NCBI GenBank assembly: GCA_012839745.1
Contig: DUMS01000018.1
Location: 17,982-81,981, forward strand
DNA: 64,000 nucleotides
DNA from: Tissierellia bacterium
Lineage (GTDB): Bacteria > Bacillota > Clostridia > Tissierellales > Tepidimicrobiaceae
Direction of reading: 5' to 3'
The translations under genes were made by a program, and so were the position numbers. The notes beneath the pieces were generated by a model that saw nothing but the letters and a program-made list of their open reading frames with translations, had not been told where the DNA came from and did no database searches. This document shows positions 63,784 to 64,000 of this stretch, piece after piece; position 1 is the first letter of the stretch; every line of letters begins with the position of its first letter.

Positions 63784-64000
63784 ATGATATTTCCTGAAAA
63801 GCTAAATAAAGGAGACACTGTTGCTATTGTGGCACCTTCATCACCAGTTTCCAAAGAAGAAGCTGATAAGTGCAAAAAACTGGTTGAAGATATGGGATAC
63901 AATGTTAAAATGGGGAAATGCACATACCGCTCCATACATGGATATTCTGCAGGAACAGGGGAAGAAAGGGCTGAAGAAATAAACCAGATGTTTGCTGATA
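63784..64000 (+). CDS. ldcA: LD-carboxypeptidase (S66), 5' partial at window edge
   Basis: L.KGDTVAIVAPSSPV... and GYSAGTGEERAEEIN.MF are typical of the LdcA N-terminus. RBS AGGAGG. Confidence 0.7.
   Translation, partial: MIFPEKLNKGDTVAIVAPSSPVSKEEADKCKKLVEDMGYNVKMGKCTYRSIHGYSAGTGEERAEEINQMFAD

Noticed and set aside
1-64000. Looked for CRISPR arrays, tRNA/rRNA/tmRNA genes, integrases or recombinases, phage structural genes, toxin-antitoxin pairs and known defence-system signatures.
   Set aside because: I found no regularly spaced direct repeats, no cloverleaf-like or rRNA-like segments, and no ORFs with the corresponding motifs. The only restriction-modification-like gene is the solitary methyltransferase.

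Overview
The window looks like a chromosomal segment of a low-GC, spore-forming, peptide-fermenting Firmicute (Clostridia-like). That call is an inference from spmA/spmB, DUF1540, a sigma-54 enhancer-binding protein, many peptidases and AT-rich intergenic DNA. I support about 56 protein-coding genes. I saw no rRNA, tRNA, CRISPR array, integrase or intact IS element.

Content in order:
- A 10.6-kb cassette of two giant paralogous secreted proteins: a bacillopeptidase-F-like S8 protease and a protease-less copy of its C-terminal region. Two near-identical 57-bp terminator-like repeats bracket it.
- A NitT/TauT-type ABC importer with no binding-protein gene.
- A nucleotide-salvage cluster (tdk, nudC, anchored 5'-nucleotidase).
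- A Ddl-like ATP-grasp gene, a CofE-like ligase gene and a LysR regulator gene.
- A PP-loop ATPase and a DUF438 protein.
- A sigma-54 activator with a textbook -24/-12 promoter in front of a YfcC-family transporter and isoaspartyl dipeptidase (iadA).
- MATE, mntP, a radical-SAM cluster, a CBS-type family II pyrophosphatase, hom, and a NarL-type two-component system with an ABC-2 exporter.
- dcyD-like, a GAF/fRMsr-like protein, a transglutaminase-like protein and class II RNR.
- A solitary beta-class DNA methyltransferase.
- A peptidase run (pepD, M18, M1), lysA, spmAB and a partial ldcA.

The items most worth a second look are the repeat-bracketed protease/pseudo-paralog cassette, a 169-bp long inverted repeat at 46932-47100, an orphan promoter-RNA-terminator unit upstream of mntP, the orphan methyltransferase, the sigma-54-controlled yfcC-iadA unit and the ATP-grasp/CofE-like pair. 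I found no recognisable defence or mobile system. All functional calls rest on motif recognition by eye, not on database searches.
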